Shown piece by piece: positions 25,827 to 37,850 of a stretch of 64,000 nt of DNA. The position numbers and the translations under genes were made by a program. The stretch's first letter is position 1, and every line of letters starts with the position of its first letter. The stretch comes from an uncultured delta proteobacterium. GTDB lineage: Bacteria; Myxococcota_A; Polyangia; Fen-1088. The notes below the pieces were generated by a model. That model searched no databases, was not told where the DNA came from, and saw nothing but the letters and a program-made list of their open reading frames with translations. The stretch covers positions 1,344,001 to 1,408,000 of the forward strand of contig CAWCMR010000025.1 of assembly GCA_963796685.1 (NCBI GenBank), written 5' to 3'.

Positions 25827-26900
25827 ATGTCGACTGGCCCCGGGCCGACACGAAAGGCCGATGGATCCCCTGAGGCATCCGTCGATGACATCGCTGATCT
25901 CCTGGTCGAAGATGAATCCCATCAAGGTCGCATCGAGGGGGATCAGTCCCTGGACGACGGTCTTGACGTCATGTTGGAGACGCCTGGGCCTGCATTGGTG
26001 AGCACGTTCATGCCGCCGCCGCCCTCGCCGGTTGCTGACGATGTGGAAGAGAGCGAAAGTGTCGAGGAACCTGGCGAGGCGACGAACCTCGCCTACGAGG
26101 ATCTGTTGGCCAAGCTGGTGCTTCCGGCCAAGGCTCCCGAGCCCGAGCCTGCCATGCCCGCCCTGGCCGCGGCGCTGCCGCCGCCCGAATCCATGATGCC
26201 ACAGGCGGCTCCCACACCGCCCGCGATGGCGTTTCAGCTCCCGTCTTCGCCCAGCTTCCAGCTTGCCCCGCCCACCGACGAGCGCACGTTGGTGACAGAC
26301 AACCCGCTCGTCGCCGAAGAGCAGGAAGCCGCGTATCGCGAGGGCCGCACGGCCTCTCGCGAGCATGCGCCCATCATCGTGCAAGAGGAGATGCGGCCAG
26401 CGTTCACCGAACCCATGGCTGCGGTGAATGGCGGGGCCAAATCGCGGCTGCTCTACCTGATGCTGGGCGGTCTGTTGGTCCTGGGCGGCATGATCCTCGC
26501 GGTGTTGGTGCTCAAGCTGCTCATGCCCACGCCCGCGCCGCCGCCCACCGTGGTTGTAACGCCGCCGCCACCTGCGCCGCCGCCCGCCCACGTCGAGCCA
26601 CTCCCGCCGAGCGCGCCTATCGCCGTGCCGCCACCGGCGGCCGCCGAACCCGCAGCCGCGGCTGCGGCCCCGGCAGAAGCTCCGGCTCCAGCCATGGCAG
26701 AAGGTGCCGCGCTCGAGAACGAGAGGGTGCAGCCCAAGGTCCATAGGGCTGCGGTTCACAAGGCCCCCTCTGCCCACTCCGCTGCGCCCAGGCCCGCCCC
26801 GAAGGCGTCAGCCGCCACACCCAAGGTGGCGCCCGCGCCGAAGACCACCAAGGCGAAGAAGGTCAAGAGCAGCGGTTACGCGGATCCGTTCGACAACTGA
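25827..26900 (+). CDS. Hypothetical bitopic membrane protein with an acidic N-terminus and Pro/Ala-rich C-terminus
   Basis: One TM (LLYLMLGGLLVLGGMILAVLVL); ends GYADPFDN; good codon bias. Confidence 0.7.
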   Translation: MSTGPGPTRKADGSPEASVDDIADLLVEDESHQGRIEGDQSLDDGLDVMLETPGPALVSTFMPPPPSPVADDVEESESVEEPGEATNLAYEDLLAKLVLPAKAPEPEPAMPALAAALPPPESMMPQAAPTPPAMAFQLPSSPSFQLAPPTDERTLVTDNPLVAEEQEAAYREGRTASREHAPIIVQEEMRPAFTEPMAAVNGGAKSRLLYLMLGGLLVLGGMILAVLVLKLLMPTPAPPPTVVVTPPPPAPPPAHVEPLPPSAPIAVPPPAAAEPAAAAAAPAEAPAPAMAEGAALENERVQPKVHRAAVHKAPSAHSAAPRPAPKASAATPKVAPAPKTTKAKKVKSSGYADPFDN

Positions 26901-27113
26901 TCAGGCCAGTAGACAGGTGCGCGGGCGCCTGTCGCCGCTCTGTCCGCCATCATCTCCGACATCATGGGGTCCGGCCCGAAGGGCCAACCCGCCTGACGCG
27001 TTCTGCGCCTGGTGGTCGATCCGTGAGCGATGATCTTGCCTCGGCGCTGACCCACTGTTACGATCGCTGGCTCAAGCAGCCGTTTCTATCTGCCGACGGT
27101 TCTTAGGGGAAAC

Positions 27114-28814
<1,701 letters not shown>

Positions 28815-28827
28815 AGGAGGAGAGTTT

Positions 28828-29973
28828 TTGGACACGACGCCGGCACCTGCGAGTGGGCTCAACGTCAACCTACAACAGCTGCTGAAGGCGATGGTCGAGC
28901 AAGGGGCCTCGGACTTGCACATCACCACCGGCTCGCCGCCGCAGCTGCGTATCGACGGCGTTCTCGTGCCGCTGCGGGTGAATCAGCTCTCGCCGGTGGA
29001 CACCAAGCAACTGTGCTACTCGGTCTTGACCGACACCCAGAAGCTGCGCTTCGAAGAAGACAAAGAGCTCGATTTTTCCTTTGGCGTGCGCGGGGTCGCG
29101 CGCTTTCGTGCCAACCTCTTCATGCAGCGGGGCGCGGTGGGCGGCGCCTTTCGAACGGTCCCGTTCCAGGTGAAAAGCTTCGGCGATCTGGGCTTGCCTC
29201 CTGTCATCGAAGAGCTGTGCAACAAGCCGCGCGGAATGGTTCTGGTGACCGGCCCCACGGGCTCGGGCAAGACCACTTCGCTCGCGGCCATGATCGACAA
29301 GATCAACTCCGAGCGGCACGAGCACATCATCACCATCGAAGATCCCATCGAGTACCTGCACCCGCACAAGAAGTGCCTGATCAACCAGCGCGAGATCGGC
29401 GCCGACACCGATACGTTCAAGAAGGCGCTCAAGTACATCCTGCGCCAGGATCCGGACGTCGTGCTCATCGGCGAGATGCGCGACCTCGAAACCATCGAGG
29501 CGGCGCTGGTCACGGCGGAGACCGGACACCTGTGCTTCGCCACCCTGCACACCAATTCGGCGGTGCAAACCATCAACCGCATCATCGACGTGTTTCCGCC
29601 GGGCCAGCAGTCGCAGATCCGCGCACAGCTCTCGTTCGTTCTCGAAGGGATCATCAGCCAGGCGCTCTTGCCCCGCGCCTCCGGCCAAGGCCGCGTCCCC
29701 GCGTTGGAGGTCATGATCCCCAACGCCGCCATTCGCAACCTGATCCGCGAGGACAAGATCCACCAAATCTATTCCATCATGCAAATCGGACAGGGGAAGT
29801 CCGGGATGCAGACCATGAACCAAAGTCTGGCCAGTCTGTATTTGCGTCGGTTGGTCTCGCTGGAGGAGGCGATGAGCCACAGCTCGGAGCCCGATGAGCT
29901 GGAGCAGATCATTTCATCTGGCGGTGCATCGCCCGGCAGGCCCGCCGGCAGGCCGCCCATGGGAAGAGGATGA
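28828..29973 (+). CDS. pilT: Type IV pilus retraction ATPase PilT
   Basis: ASDLH, GPTGSGKT, TIEDPIE, AETGHL, AIRNLIRE, GMQTM. Confidence 0.96.
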   Translation: MDTTPAPASGLNVNLQQLLKAMVEQGASDLHITTGSPPQLRIDGVLVPLRVNQLSPVDTKQLCYSVLTDTQKLRFEEDKELDFSFGVRGVARFRANLFMQRGAVGGAFRTVPFQVKSFGDLGLPPVIEELCNKPRGMVLVTGPTGSGKTTSLAAMIDKINSERHEHIITIEDPIEYLHPHKKCLINQREIGADTDTFKKALKYILRQDPDVVLIGEMRDLETIEAALVTAETGHLCFATLHTNSAVQTINRIIDVFPPGQQSQIRAQLSFVLEGIISQALLPRASGQGRVPALEVMIPNAAIRNLIREDKIHQIYSIMQIGQGKSGMQTMNQSLASLYLRRLVSLEEAMSHSSEPDELEQIISSGGASPGRPAGRPPMGRG

Positions 29974-29987
29974 GAGGATAAGGAGCC

Positions 29988-31208
29988 ATGGCAACGCAAA
30001 TGAAAGCCTTCATTTGGGAGGCGCGCACGCGGACGGGTGACGTCAAGAAGGGCGTCATGGAGGCCGAAACCGCCGAGGCCGTCCACAACAAGCTCAAGAT
30101 GCAGCAGCTCTCGCCGGTGACGGTGAAGAAGCAGCCCATCCAGCTCACCCTGCCCACCATCGGCACCGGCGTCACCACCAAAGATATCGTGATCTTCACC
30201 CGCCTCTTCGCCACCATGATCGACGCGGGCTTGCCCATCGTGCAGTGCCTGGAGATCCTGGCGTCGCAGGCGGAGAACAAACGTTTCGGCAAGATTCTGA
30301 GTCAGATTCGCACCAGCGTGGAGGGGGGCCTCACCCTGTCCGATGCCATGCGCCGCTTCCCCAAGATCTTCGACAACCTCTTCGTAAACCTGGTCGCGGC
30401 GGGCGAGGCGGGCGGCATCTTGGATACGATTCTGCAACGCCTTTCCCAGTACATGGAAAAGGCTCAGAAACTACGCCGCCGCGTAAAGGGTGCCATGAGT
30501 TATCCACTCATCGTCCTTTTCATCGCCGGCATCGTCGTCGTCGTTCTGCTCACCAAGGTCATCCCGGTATTCGAGAAGATGTTCAAGGATTTCGGCGGCG
30601 GCAAACTGCCCAAGCCGACCCAATTCGTCATCGATCTCTCCTACGCCATGCGGAACTACCTGCCCTACATCATTGCCGGGCTGATCGCTCTCTACGCGTC
30701 TTGGACCGCGATCCTGAGAACGCGCAAAGGTAGGCTGGCCTGGGACGGGATGCTCCTGAAACTCCCCGTCTTGGGGAGTGTTTTGCGCAAGACCGTGGTC
30801 GCGCGTTTCACGCGCACGATGGGCACGCTGCTTTCGTCTGGCGTTCCCATTCTCGACGCCATGGAGATCGTGGGCAAGACGGCCGGGAACGTCGTGGTCC
30901 AGGACGGCATCATGTTCGTGCGCGCGCGCATCTCGGAAGGCAAGGACATGTCCACGCCGCTCATGGAAACCGGCCTCATGCCGCCCATGGTGGTTCAGAT
31001 GATCAGCGTCGGCGAGCAGACCGGCGCACTCGACGCAATGCTGACCAAGATCGCCGATTTTTACGAAGAAGAGGTCGATGTCGCAGTGGCGTCCATGACC
31101 AGCATGATCGAACCGCTCATGATGGTATTCCTGGGCACCGTTGTGGGCGGTCTGGTCATCGCCATGTACCTGCCGATTTTCGAGATGGCCGGCAACATCA
31201 AGAGCTAG
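29988..31208 (+). CDS. pilC: Type IV pilus platform protein PilC
   Basis: FTRLFATMIDAGLP, AGEAGGILD, AMSYP, VGEQTGALD, AMYLPIF. Confidence 0.96.
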   Translation: MATQMKAFIWEARTRTGDVKKGVMEAETAEAVHNKLKMQQLSPVTVKKQPIQLTLPTIGTGVTTKDIVIFTRLFATMIDAGLPIVQCLEILASQAENKRFGKILSQIRTSVEGGLTLSDAMRRFPKIFDNLFVNLVAAGEAGGILDTILQRLSQYMEKAQKLRRRVKGAMSYPLIVLFIAGIVVVVLLTKVIPVFEKMFKDFGGGKLPKPTQFVIDLSYAMRNYLPYIIAGLIALYASWTAILRTRKGRLAWDGMLLKLPVLGSVLRKTVVARFTRTMGTLLSSGVPILDAMEIVGKTAGNVVVQDGIMFVRARISEGKDMSTPLMETGLMPPMVVQMISVGEQTGALDAMLTKIADFYEEEVDVAVASMTSMIEPLMMVFLGTVVGGLVIAMYLPIFEMAGNIKS

Positions 31209-31249
31209 CTCGCCGTCGGTAGAAGTGCGGCCAGAGGCAAGTCGACACG

Positions 31250-33028
31250 ATGGATGACGCCACGCGAGGCTCTGCGCACGGACCCGCCCGGCCGACCGCG
31301 GATCTTGGGGGGCTTCCCTCGGCCCAGGTCGCTCCGCTCGCTCTCGTAAGCAGCGCCTCCGCGGTGCCCCCACTCGACAAGTCGCGTGCCGAAGGCCTGA
31401 GAATCGTCACCTATCTCATGCTCGTGCGCACCGCGCTCGCCACGGTGCTCATGCTGTCTGTGGTGATCCTGGCGTGGACCCTGGGATCGCCGGAAACGCT
31501 TTCCAGCCCGTTCGGACGCTTCGTCTTTGGCCTCTTGGCCACCACCTACCTCGCCAGTCTCGCCTACGCCATCAGTCTCAAGCGCATTCAGGATCCGATC
31601 CATTTCGCCGACATCCAGATCGGGGTCGATCTGATCCTGGTCACCCTGCTCGTTCACGCCACCGGCGGCGCGCAAAGCGGGTACACCTTTCTCTACCTCA
31701 TTGACGTCGTCGCGGTGTCTGCGTTGCCCAAAGGGGTCGGCGCGGCCAGCGTCTCCCTGGCCAGCGCCCTGCTCTTCGTCAGCATCTCGCTGCTCGGCTA
31801 TCTGAAGATCCTTCCCCCGATCACCGGCCAGACGGTCTTTCCCTGGGATCTCACGCGAGAAGACCTGGTCTTTCGCATCGTGATCTTTCTGGCCGGGCTC
31901 ATCTCGGTTGGCTCTCTCGGTGTCAGTCTGGCGCGGCAGCGACGCAAGGCAGGCGAGCGGCTCGCCAGGCACCAGCAGTTGGTCGGCGATCTTGCGTCGT
32001 TGCACCAGGACACCATTCGCTGTCTGTCGTCGGGCCTCGTCACCACCACGCTCGACGGCACCATCACCACCATGAACGATGCTGCTCGCGACATCTTGGG
32101 AATCACCAACAGCCCGCCGCTCGGTCAGAAACTGGCTACCCACATTCCTTCACTCGACGTGGTGCTGGCCAAGGCCGGCGCGCTCGGACGCGTTCTGCGT
32201 GACGAGGTGGATGCCATCCGAGCCGACGGGGTCGAGCGCCGCCTGGGTCTTTCCGCGACGCCCCTGTCCGACCACTCGGGCCATGTCACCGGACGGGTCA
32301 TCCACTTCCAGGACCTGACCGATCTGCGCCAAATGGAGCAGGCGGTCGCGCGCGCCGAGCGTCTGGCCGGCATCGGTCGCTTGGCGGCCAATATCGCCCA
32401 CGAGATTCGCAATCCTTTGGCCAGCATTTCCGGATCGGTCGAGGTGCTCAAACGGCTTTCCGGGGCGGACGCCGAGACCTGCAACCTGGTCGACATTGCC
32501 GTGCGCGAGGTCGACCGGGTCAACGCGCTCATCAGCAACCTGCTCGACTACGCACGCCCGCGGACGGAGGACCGGCAGCGTCTCGACCTCGGGGAGATGA
32601 TCGCCGAGATCGCCAAGATCTTCGAGCAGGAGCGGCGCACGAAAGAGGTGCACCTGCAACTTCACGCCCAACTCGGCGTGTGGGTCGAAGCCGCCTCGGG
32701 GCAAATGCAGCAGGTGCTATGGAATCTCCTGCGCAACGCCGTGGACGCGATGCCCGACGGTGGGACGATCTATCTGTCCACGGCCAAGAAGAATGCGATT
32801 CGCGCCGAGGCCATTCTCATGGTGCGCGACACAGGCATAGGCATCGCCCGGCAAGACCTCGATCACATCTTCGAACCGTTCTTTTCCAAGAAGGTCGGCG
32901 GGACGGGCCTTGGCCTCGCGACCACGGCGCGCATCGTGGAGGATCACGGGGGCACGATAGACGTGCTCAGCCAGCTGGGCAAAGGCACGACCTTCACCAT
33001 TCGCATGCCCGCGGCGTGCGCGGCGTGA
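31250..33028 (+). CDS. pilS: PilS-like sensor histidine kinase (multi-TM, PAS, HisKA, HATPase)
   Basis: IAHEIRNPL, QVLWNLLRNA, DTGIGI, FEPFFS, GTGLGL; directly after pilC. Confidence 0.85.
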   Translation: MDDATRGSAHGPARPTADLGGLPSAQVAPLALVSSASAVPPLDKSRAEGLRIVTYLMLVRTALATVLMLSVVILAWTLGSPETLSSPFGRFVFGLLATTYLASLAYAISLKRIQDPIHFADIQIGVDLILVTLLVHATGGAQSGYTFLYLIDVVAVSALPKGVGAASVSLASALLFVSISLLGYLKILPPITGQTVFPWDLTREDLVFRIVIFLAGLISVGSLGVSLARQRRKAGERLARHQQLVGDLASLHQDTIRCLSSGLVTTTLDGTITTMNDAARDILGITNSPPLGQKLATHIPSLDVVLAKAGALGRVLRDEVDAIRADGVERRLGLSATPLSDHSGHVTGRVIHFQDLTDLRQMEQAVARAERLAGIGRLAANIAHEIRNPLASISGSVEVLKRLSGADAETCNLVDIAVREVDRVNALISNLLDYARPRTEDRQRLDLGEMIAEIAKIFEQERRTKEVHLQLHAQLGVWVEAASGQMQQVLWNLLRNAVDAMPDGGTIYLSTAKKNAIRAEAILMVRDTGIGIARQDLDHIFEPFFSKKVGGTGLGLATTARIVEDHGGTIDVLSQLGKGTTFTIRMPAACAA

Positions 33029-33158
33029 TCGAAGAGAGCGGCGCAGAGCCGGCGGAGATCGCAGAGCCAGGTTGGCAAGCCTGCAAACTCCCATTACACT
33101 AGACGACTTTGTCGTGAAGAACGAAGTCCACGAACGCAGCGCCGCCCAGACCGCTGCA

Positions 33159-35432
33159 ATGGCCGATACCAGCCCCCCGGCGATTGTCGCCGAAGAGGAA
33201 GCCCTTCTTCGCGTGGTGCTGGCCAAAATCGATTCGCCACAGCAGCGCTCGCGTACGCCCGTCGACGACACGGCATCGCTCATCGAGCTGCGCGATGCCC
33301 TGGCCGAGGCCAAACCCGAGGATCAGGGGCCGTTGCTGGAGCAGATGCATCGAATCGAGGCGCTGTCGCGCCAGCGCGGCCGCGGCGAAAGCGTTCCCGT
33401 GGACCGGCGGTCACCCTATTTCGGACACCTCCGTCTGCTGCAGGACGGACGCCGCCGGGACGTCCTCATCGGTCAGCGCGGATACGTAGAGCCTGGCGGT
33501 GGCGTGCAGATCGTCGACTGGCGAAACGCGCCCGTTTCCCGTCTGTACTATCGCTACGACGAGGGTGACTCCTTCGAGGAGAGGCTGGGTGAACGTGAAG
33601 TGGCGGGCGAGGTGCTCGCGAGACGAACGGTGACCATCGTGGACGCGGAGCTCCGGCGCGTTGCTTCCGCACGCGGGATCTTTTCCCGCGAGCCCCCGGA
33701 CACCACTTGGCGCAGCCTGGATCTCGACAAGGTCCGGCTTGGGGTTGCGGCGTGGGCCGGCTCGTCGGTGCCCGGGCCGCGGGCCGAACAGCGATCGCGT
33801 CTTGGTTTCGAAAGCCACGGGCAGCGCCGGGCGGATCGCTTTCTGCCCGCCATCGCCGCGCTCATCGACCCTCGGCAGTTCGAGCTGATCTCTCGGCCAA
33901 GCTCGGGCGTCATCGTGGTACAGGGCTCGGCGGGCAGTGGCAAGACCACCATCGGTCTGCACCGCATCGCCTACCTGAATTTCACCGAGCCCGGATATTT
34001 TCGGGCGGAAAGCATGCTGGTCATCGTCTACCAGCGCGCGCTTGCGACCTATGTCTCGCGGGTCTTGCCCGAGCTGCAGGTGCCGGGCGTGAAGGTTCGG
34101 ACCTTCGCCCACTGGGCCGAGGAGGTGCGGCGTTCTTCGCTGGCGGGTCTATCCTGCGACATCACAGAGGACACGCCGCCGCTCGTGATGCGCGCGAAAT
34201 CGCACGGGGCGATGCTGGCCATCTTGGCCGACCGTCAGGAAGAGATGGCGCGCTGGTGCCGGCACACGTTGGAATCGCAGCTCGACGGCGGGCCCGAGGC
34301 CCTTGCCCTGCTCGCGATCTGGGATCGGAGTCGCGGGCCGGTGGACGCCCGGGTCACCGAGCTGGCTCGCTGGGTGAAGCAGGCCGCGCTGCCGCCTCTT
34401 TTGCGCACGCGTATCGAAGCCAGCGGCGCGCGACTGCGCGAGCGCACGCGCGACGTGATCGGAGAATGGGCCTCGTTGCTCACCGATCGCCAGGCGCTTG
34501 CGCGTGGATTCGCCAAACACGCCCCAGGGCTGCTTTCCGACGGCCAGATCGAAAGCCTTCACCGCTGGTGCGTGGATCGCGAACGCTTGCGAACCGGGGC
34601 GCCAGGCGCCCAGGATGACGGCGAGTCCTACGCCCTCGATGCCGAGGACGAGGCCCTGCTTCTGCGCATCCACCAGCTTCAGCGCGGACCCTTGCAGGGC
34701 TCCCAAGGCCCGCTCGACTATCGCCACCTGATGATTGACGAGGTGCAAGACTTCGCTCCCGTGGAGCTGGCGGTGCTGCTCGACTGCACGACGGCGCGCC
34801 GATCGATCACCCTGGCCGGCGACACCAACCAGGGCATCGCACCCGAACATGGTTTCGTGAGCTGGACCGAGATGCTCGAACGTCTGGGCCTACCGCACGC
34901 CTGCGTGGAGCCCCTGCGCATCAGCTATCGCTCCACCCGGCAGATCGTCGACTGCGCCCTGCATGTGCTCGGCCCGCTCCTGGGCGACGAGCGGCCGCAA
35001 GTTCCGCGTCAGGGCGCCGAGGTCGAGAGCTTTCGTTTCGGCTCTTCGGGCGAGGCATGCGAGCTCCTCGTGCGTGTCCTGCGCGATCTCATGCACCGAG
35101 AGCCCTTGGCGTCGGTGGCCCTGATCGCTCGCCATGCCGAGCAGGCGAGTTTGTACTTCGAGGCGCTCTCGGCGGCGGAGGTACCCGGGTTGCGGCTCGT
35201 GGCCGATCAGGACTTTTGTTTCCGGCCCGGTATCGACGTGACCGACGTCAAACAGACCAAGGGGCTCGAATTCGACATCGTGATTCTGCTCGATGCGAAT
35301 GAGGAGTCGTATCCGGACAGCGAGCATGCGCGCAGGCTTTTGCACGTGGCCATGACCCGCGCAGCCCACCAGTTGTGGATCACGTACACGGGATCCCCTT
35401 CGCCGCTCTTGCCCGAATCGCTCCGGCGATAG
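33159..35432 (+). CDS. HelD-like superfamily 1 (UvrD-type) ATPase/helicase
   Basis: SPYFGHL, IVDWRNAPVSRLYY, QGSAGSGKTT.GLHRIAYL, IDEVQD, GDTNQ, SYRST, KGLEFD, HVAMTRA. Start uncertain (33072-33159). Confidence 0.85.
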   Translation: MADTSPPAIVAEEEALLRVVLAKIDSPQQRSRTPVDDTASLIELRDALAEAKPEDQGPLLEQMHRIEALSRQRGRGESVPVDRRSPYFGHLRLLQDGRRRDVLIGQRGYVEPGGGVQIVDWRNAPVSRLYYRYDEGDSFEERLGEREVAGEVLARRTVTIVDAELRRVASARGIFSREPPDTTWRSLDLDKVRLGVAAWAGSSVPGPRAEQRSRLGFESHGQRRADRFLPAIAALIDPRQFELISRPSSGVIVVQGSAGSGKTTIGLHRIAYLNFTEPGYFRAESMLVIVYQRALATYVSRVLPELQVPGVKVRTFAHWAEEVRRSSLAGLSCDITEDTPPLVMRAKSHGAMLAILADRQEEMARWCRHTLESQLDGGPEALALLAIWDRSRGPVDARVTELARWVKQAALPPLLRTRIEASGARLRERTRDVIGEWASLLTDRQALARGFAKHAPGLLSDGQIESLHRWCVDRERLRTGAPGAQDDGESYALDAEDEALLLRIHQLQRGPLQGSQGPLDYRHLMIDEVQDFAPVELAVLLDCTTARRSITLAGDTNQGIAPEHGFVSWTEMLERLGLPHACVEPLRISYRSTRQIVDCALHVLGPLLGDERPQVPRQGAEVESFRFGSSGEACELLVRVLRDLMHREPLASVALIARHAEQASLYFEALSAAEVPGLRLVADQDFCFRPGIDVTDVKQTKGLEFDIVILLDANEESYPDSEHARRLLHVAMTRAAHQLWITYTGSPSPLLPESLRR

Positions 35433-35446
35433 GGGAGGGTTCGCGA

Positions 35447-35770
35447 CTAGCCTTGAAAGAAGCGATTCAGTGCCCAGACTTCGCGGGCGCGTAAACCTTG
35501 AAAACGAATGCCCATGCCGCTGGGCTGGCCAGCGCCGCCAGGTTCGACCCAGCGTACCTCGCCGCTGACCATGATCGGCTCGGGCTGGGTCGGGATCTGG
35601 AAGCGAACTTGCAGCCGAGTTTGCAGCGGAAAAATCTCGCTGGTCTCCACGAAGAGACCACCCAGAGAAATATTGACCGTGGTAGCCGCGCGTATTTGGT
35701 CGCCAGCGATGACCTCGACGTCCAAGCGACGCGCATAGCGGGGATCTGTTCGACGAAAGTTATCTGACAC
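35447..35770 (-). CDS. Single PilZ domain protein
   Basis: RRTDPR (RxxxR), NISLGG, GEVRW, GMGIRF. Confidence 0.85.
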   Translation of the reverse strand: MSDNFRRTDPRYARRLDVEVIAGDQIRAATTVNISLGGLFVETSEIFPLQTRLQVRFQIPTQPEPIMVSGEVRWVEPGGAGQPSGMGIRFQGLRAREVWALNRFFQG

Positions 35771-36032
35771 CTAGTTTGCCTCTCGGGTAGCGTGAGCCGA
35801 TTGCCGCCCGGCCCTTGAGTTTAAGGACTGTTGGCCGGCGAATCAATTGCTTCCAAGGCCTTCGGGGGGTTCCATGGGTTCAACACCCGCGGCGCACCGT
35901 GCCTCGCGAGAATGAAGGAGCCAGGCCGCTAGGCAGTGTCTTTCCTTTGAGAATTGGGTAGTATGTGCGACATCCGGCGGCGGCAGTCAGTCGCCAGCCA
36001 CTTGCCAACCATTTTCTCGCCCCAACACGACC

Positions 36033-36623
36033 ATGGACAAGGACCAAGAGCGCAGTTTCCTGGAAACACTTGCGCGGACCTTGGTTTCGCTGCCCTTCGA
36101 TCTCAAGGTTCTTCTCGAGGCGGTGTCGGATCCGGACCTCGAGCACGACGCTCGCGAAATCGCGGCCGCCGCAGCGGTGTACATCATCACGCCGCGTGAA
36201 GGGAACGTCGAGCCCTATCTGCGTTACGGCGAGGATGCCATCGTGCTCCGCCTCGCGGCGAAACACGTGCTGGCAAGCGGGGGCGAAAGCGCGCCCCTGT
36301 TCAAGGAGCGCTTCGAGGAAGAGTTCGGCCGCTTTTCCAGCGAGTTGGCAGTATTCGAGCGCGCATGCGGCCAACCCTTGATGGCTTGGTTCGACGGCCG
36401 CTGGGCCACGCTGCGCAAGGCAGCGTATGCACGCAAGAAGATCTCGCAGTTCGTCGACGACCAAGAGGTCGGGACATTCCTTTACGACGAAGGCCTCAAG
36501 TTCGGCACCAACTACCCCATTTCGGAAAAAAGCCTGGCCGGTCGTCTCAAGCAGGCCCAACCGACCCTCGACCACTTACGGAAGAAGTGGGACCAAGACA
36601 AGAAGAAGATCCCCCAAGCGTAG
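36033..36623 (+). CDS. Hypothetical protein, weakly DUF1232/YkvA-like
   Basis: AAAAAVYIITP...YGEDAIVLR resembles a degenerate YxxxP..DD motif; good codon bias. Confidence 0.6.
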   Translation: MDKDQERSFLETLARTLVSLPFDLKVLLEAVSDPDLEHDAREIAAAAAVYIITPREGNVEPYLRYGEDAIVLRLAAKHVLASGGESAPLFKERFEEEFGRFSSELAVFERACGQPLMAWFDGRWATLRKAAYARKKISQFVDDQEVGTFLYDEGLKFGTNYPISEKSLAGRLKQAQPTLDHLRKKWDQDKKKIPQA

Positions 36624-36699
36624 GGTATTACGGCTGGCGTAGGTTCAAGCGAACGTAGGTTCATTCAGGCTCAGGTTTTGCGAGATCGGGTTTTGATCC

Positions 36700-37623
36700 A
36701 TGCGTGAGGACGCAGTGCCGTTCGGCGCCGGCGCGGAGGCGATTCTGGATGTGGCGGTCCACTTGTCGAGCTCTGGCGCGGACGTGGCGCCCGAGGTGAC
36801 CCAGGCCGCACGACTCGCTGCTAAGGATTTGGCAGCCTTGCCGCCGGCTCGCCAGCGCCAGGCAATCGAGCTCGTCATCATGGGGCCGTTCGTGGCGCAA
36901 GCGCTGCAATGGCTCCACGATGCCGGGGTGCTGGCCGCGCTTTTACCCGAGCTCGAAGCCACGGTCGACTTCTCGCAGGAGGCCGGGCGCAGACACAAGG
37001 ATGTCTGGGAGCACACCAAACAGGTCGTGATGCAGGCGCCCGAGCGACCGCTGGTGCGCTGGGCTGCCTTGCTCCACGACATCGGCAAGGTTTCCACACG
37101 CGAGTTCCTGCTCGACGGTCGCGTGACCTTCCACCGTCACGCCGAGCTCGGGGCACGCATGTTCGGCCCCATCGCCCGCCGCCTCGGTTTCGAGCGCGCC
37201 GATCGGCAGAAGATTCAGGCGCTCATCCTGCATCACCTGCGCGCCAACGCCTACGAGCCCGAATGGACCGACGCTGCGGTGCGTCGATTCGACCACGAGA
37301 TGGGAGACCTCCTCGAGGATTTGGTCGGCCTCTCTCGCGCCGATGTTACCTCGGCCCGTCCCGGCCGTCGGCAAGAGGCCGCTCGCAACATCGAGGCTCT
37401 CGTGCAAAGGATCTTCGCCGTACGCGAGCTCGACGCGCGCGTGCCGCCCCTGCCACCGGGTGTGGGCAACGCCATCATGCAGGCCTTCAACCTTGCGCCG
37501 TCCCGCCGGGTGGGTGAGCTGCGCAAGCTGTGCGAGGATGCCATCGAGCGCGGCGAGCTCAGCGAGCGTCAACCCTCCGAGTACTACGTGGACTATCTGC
37601 GCCGACAAGGCATCACCGGATAG
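36700..37623 (+). CDS. HD-domain protein resembling the C-terminal half of CCA-adding enzymes
   Basis: LLPEL, HKDVWEHT, AALLHDIGK, TFHRHAELGA, HHLR, WTDAAVRR, RADVTS; no nucleotidyltransferase head. Confidence 0.8.
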   Translation: MREDAVPFGAGAEAILDVAVHLSSSGADVAPEVTQAARLAAKDLAALPPARQRQAIELVIMGPFVAQALQWLHDAGVLAALLPELEATVDFSQEAGRRHKDVWEHTKQVVMQAPERPLVRWAALLHDIGKVSTREFLLDGRVTFHRHAELGARMFGPIARRLGFERADRQKIQALILHHLRANAYEPEWTDAAVRRFDHEMGDLLEDLVGLSRADVTSARPGRRQEAARNIEALVQRIFAVRELDARVPPLPPGVGNAIMQAFNLAPSRRVGELRKLCEDAIERGELSERQPSEYYVDYLRRQGITG

Positions 37624-37626
37624 AGC

Positions 37627-37801
37627 GCGTAGGCGGAGGCCGGCTTTGCCGGCCGTAGCCAGAGCGCGGGGCCGAGCGCAGCGAGCGGGGTGGTGGGTGT
37701 CGGGTAGGGGCCGAGGGTTTGGCGAGGCCGCGCGAAGCGCGGGGGAGGCAGGGCGGGCTGGCGGGTGCCGAGTGCGCAGGGAACCCTTCCAGGGTTCCCA
37801 T
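37627..37801 (+). repeat. REP-like family A copy containing an empty intron target site
   Basis: GCGTAGGCGGAGGCCGGC-TTT-GCCGGCCGTAGCCAGAG|CGCGGG ... GGGAACCCTTCCAGGGTTCCCAT. Confidence 0.85.
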
Positions 37802-37812
37802 GATCGATGATT

Positions 37813-37850
37813 GCGTAGGCGGAGACGGGCTTTGCCCGTCGTAGCCAGAG
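37813..37850 (+). repeat. Family A repeat, left part (5' exon of the intron)
   Basis: GCGTAGGCGGAGACGGGC-TTT-GCCCGTCGTAGCCAGAG, near-identical to 37627-37664. Confidence 0.85.

Noticed and set aside
35771-36032. Possible 6S RNA or riboswitch between the PilZ gene and 36033
   Set aside because: I could not identify a convincing conserved core or long closing stem by eye; an Rfam scan would be needed.
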